Below, piece by piece: positions 62,896 through 64,000 of a stretch of DNA of 64,000 nucleotides. Under the pieces are notes generated by a model that did not search any database, had not been told where the DNA came from, and saw only the letters and a program-made list of their open reading frames with translations. Origin of the DNA: an uncultured Acidobacteriota bacterium (GTDB lineage: Bacteria > Acidobacteriota > Vicinamibacteria > Vicinamibacterales > UBA823); the NCBI GenBank assembly GCA_913052135.1, contig CAJXDY010000008.1, positions 161 to 64,160 on the forward strand, given 5' to 3'. The stretch's first letter is position 1. The number at the start of each line of letters is the position of its first letter. The position numbers and the translations under genes were made by a program.

Positions 62896-63840
62896 TCAAT
62901 GGGTGACGGTGATCGTGCGGTCCTCGTTGGCACCCAGCCCGCCATCTGAGGCGAGGCAGCGAAGGACATAAGTACCAGGCGTGTCGAACGTCACCTGCAT
63001 CTCCCAGCGTCCGTCCGGTGGAAGAGGCGGCGTGACCCAGCGATTCGCCCACGGCGAGTTCGCACCGTCCCGGGTATCCTCCCACACTTTGGCTTGCAAG
63101 GGATCGAAGGTCACTCGGCCCGCACCACGGTAGACGTACCAAGAGAGCCGGAGTCCGACGCTACTGCCGACGGTGATCTGCCAAGGTGGTCTCCAGTCCG
63201 GCCGTGCCGTGGAGTAGGTGCCAGAGTTTCGAGGCCGGCCGAAGGTCCCTCCTGCTTGTCCAGGTTTCGGAATACCGTCGTCGCTCGCCCTAGCGATCAG
63301 CGTCAGTGGCTCACCCACGCGCACGGTGCGATGGACGTTCCCCTCGATTATGAGTTCTGGCACTTGGTTCCCTCGCATGACTGCATCGCTGGTCCCGGCT
63401 CCTAGGGCGCCTTGCTCCGAGGCTCTGACGAGATTGTCCACGAAGTAGTCGATCCTGAGCGTCGCGTAGGCTTTTTCCTCTTTGCCCTGGGTCGTCAGTG
63501 TCCAGACCAACTCGTCTGTCGCGTTGAAATTGTCCGGAACCGGGACGCGAAAGACGAACCGGTTCCGGCGAGGAAGAAAGTGGGTGGGTTGTCCCTGGTC
63601 GGCCTCGCCAGGTTCGAAGTAGTTGTCAGGGCCGACCGGCACGTCGAGCGCTTCCTCCCAGTTCCGGTTGAAGTAACCGAAGAGGAAGTAGCGGGACCCA
63701 TCGGCGTCTGTCTCCCACCCTTCATACGCAGGGGAGGCGTTCTGACCTCTCGAGTACGATTGCTCGGCTCGTGCGCCTTGGGATATGACGAGCATCGCTG
63801 CTGCAACGAGCAGCAGCCCTGAGTGTCTGGTTTGTGTCAT
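62896..63840 (-). CDS. Hypothetical secreted protein with a C-terminal Ig/PKD-like strand pattern
   Basis: 314-aa ORF with signal peptide MTQTRHSGLLLVAAAMLVISQGARA. The C-terminus is RWEMQVTFDTPGTYVLRCLASDGG. It lies 24 nt upstream of the NHL lipoprotein gene. Confidence 0.5.
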   Translation of the reverse strand: MTQTRHSGLLLVAAAMLVISQGARAEQSYSRGQNASPAYEGWETDADGSRYFLFGYFNRNWEEALDVPVGPDNYFEPGEADQGQPTHFLPRRNRFVFRVPVPDNFNATDELVWTLTTQGKEEKAYATLRIDYFVDNLVRASEQGALGAGTSDAVMRGNQVPELIIEGNVHRTVRVGEPLTLIARASDDGIPKPGQAGGTFGRPRNSGTYSTARPDWRPPWQITVGSSVGLRLSWYVYRGAGRVTFDPLQAKVWEDTRDGANSPWANRWVTPPLPPDGRWEMQVTFDTPGTYVLRCLASDGGLGANEDRTITVTH

Positions 63841-63853
63841 CGGTCTGACGAAG

Positions 63854-64000
63854 TTACCGCCGCTCCGGCTCCCGTGTGACTAGGTGGTTAGCTTCCTGCT
63901 TCGCCGTCTGCACGGCTTCTTCCGCAGCCTCCAGAGCTTCGCGCGCCGCTTCGACTCTGGCGGCGACTTCCTCCTGGGCCGTCTCGGCAGCAGTCAGCAA
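63854..64000 (-). CDS. C-terminal fragment of an Ala/Glu-rich (coiled-coil-like) protein running off the right edge
   Basis: Manual reverse translation gives ...LLTAAETAQEEVAARVEAAREALEAAEEAVQTAKQEANHLVTREPERR followed by TAA (63856-63854). This is 48 codons of open frame to the window edge, and the stop lies 13 nt upstream of the next gene's start. Confidence 0.3.
   Translation of the reverse strand: MLTAAETAQEEVAARVEAAREALEAAEEAVQTAKQEANHLVTREPERR

Noticed and set aside
1-64000. Search by eye for CRISPR arrays, tRNA/rRNA genes, IS elements, integrases, prophage genes and long direct or inverted repeats
   Set aside because: None were seen. Intergenic regions are short (mostly under 190 nt) and non-repetitive, and the only tandem repeat is the coding Sel1 array. 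A covariance-model scan (tRNAscan-SE, Rfam) would be needed to be definitive.

Overview
Gene-dense bacterial chromosomal segment with about 55 protein-coding genes. It looks moderately GC-rich by eye (not computed), and many starts have canonical Shine-Dalgarno motifs (AGGAGG, GGAG). I found no rRNA, tRNA, CRISPR array, transposase, integrase, phage structural gene or recognisable transcription factor. The window is dominated by exported enzymes carrying Sec, lipoprotein or twin-arginine (at least seven) signals. These include three Cys-type sulfatases, GH127, DUF2961/GH172, a SASA-type esterase, Gfo/Idh/MocA, a PQQ dehydrogenase, a D-amino-acid-oxidase-like flavoprotein, VOC/cupin/MBL/RraA-like/CMD-like enzymes, and peptidases of families S9B, M28, S15 (CocE/NonD) and M61. 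There are also repeat-domain proteins: Sel1, LVIVD, two NHL propellers and a sortilin-like Asp-box protein. Clear cytoplasmic genes are pyruvate kinase, an orphan Dam-class methyltransferase and two operons. (1) 33795-39633: His-box fatty-acid hydroxylase, GH3-type adenylating amido synthetase, MLE-subgroup enolase-superfamily enzyme and a 661-aa polytopic membrane protein, translationally coupled. This is my best candidate for an undescribed system, possibly synthesis of a modified N-acyl amino acid. (2) 44100-50612: RidA-like deaminase, 3-hydroxyanthranilate 3,4-dioxygenase, ACMSD and kynureninase, followed by an LVIVD lipoprotein and an NSS-family transporter. This is a partial kynurenine pathway with two unexpected partners. 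No canonical defence or mobile system is visible. All functional calls rest on motif and family recognition by eye and need profile searches to confirm.
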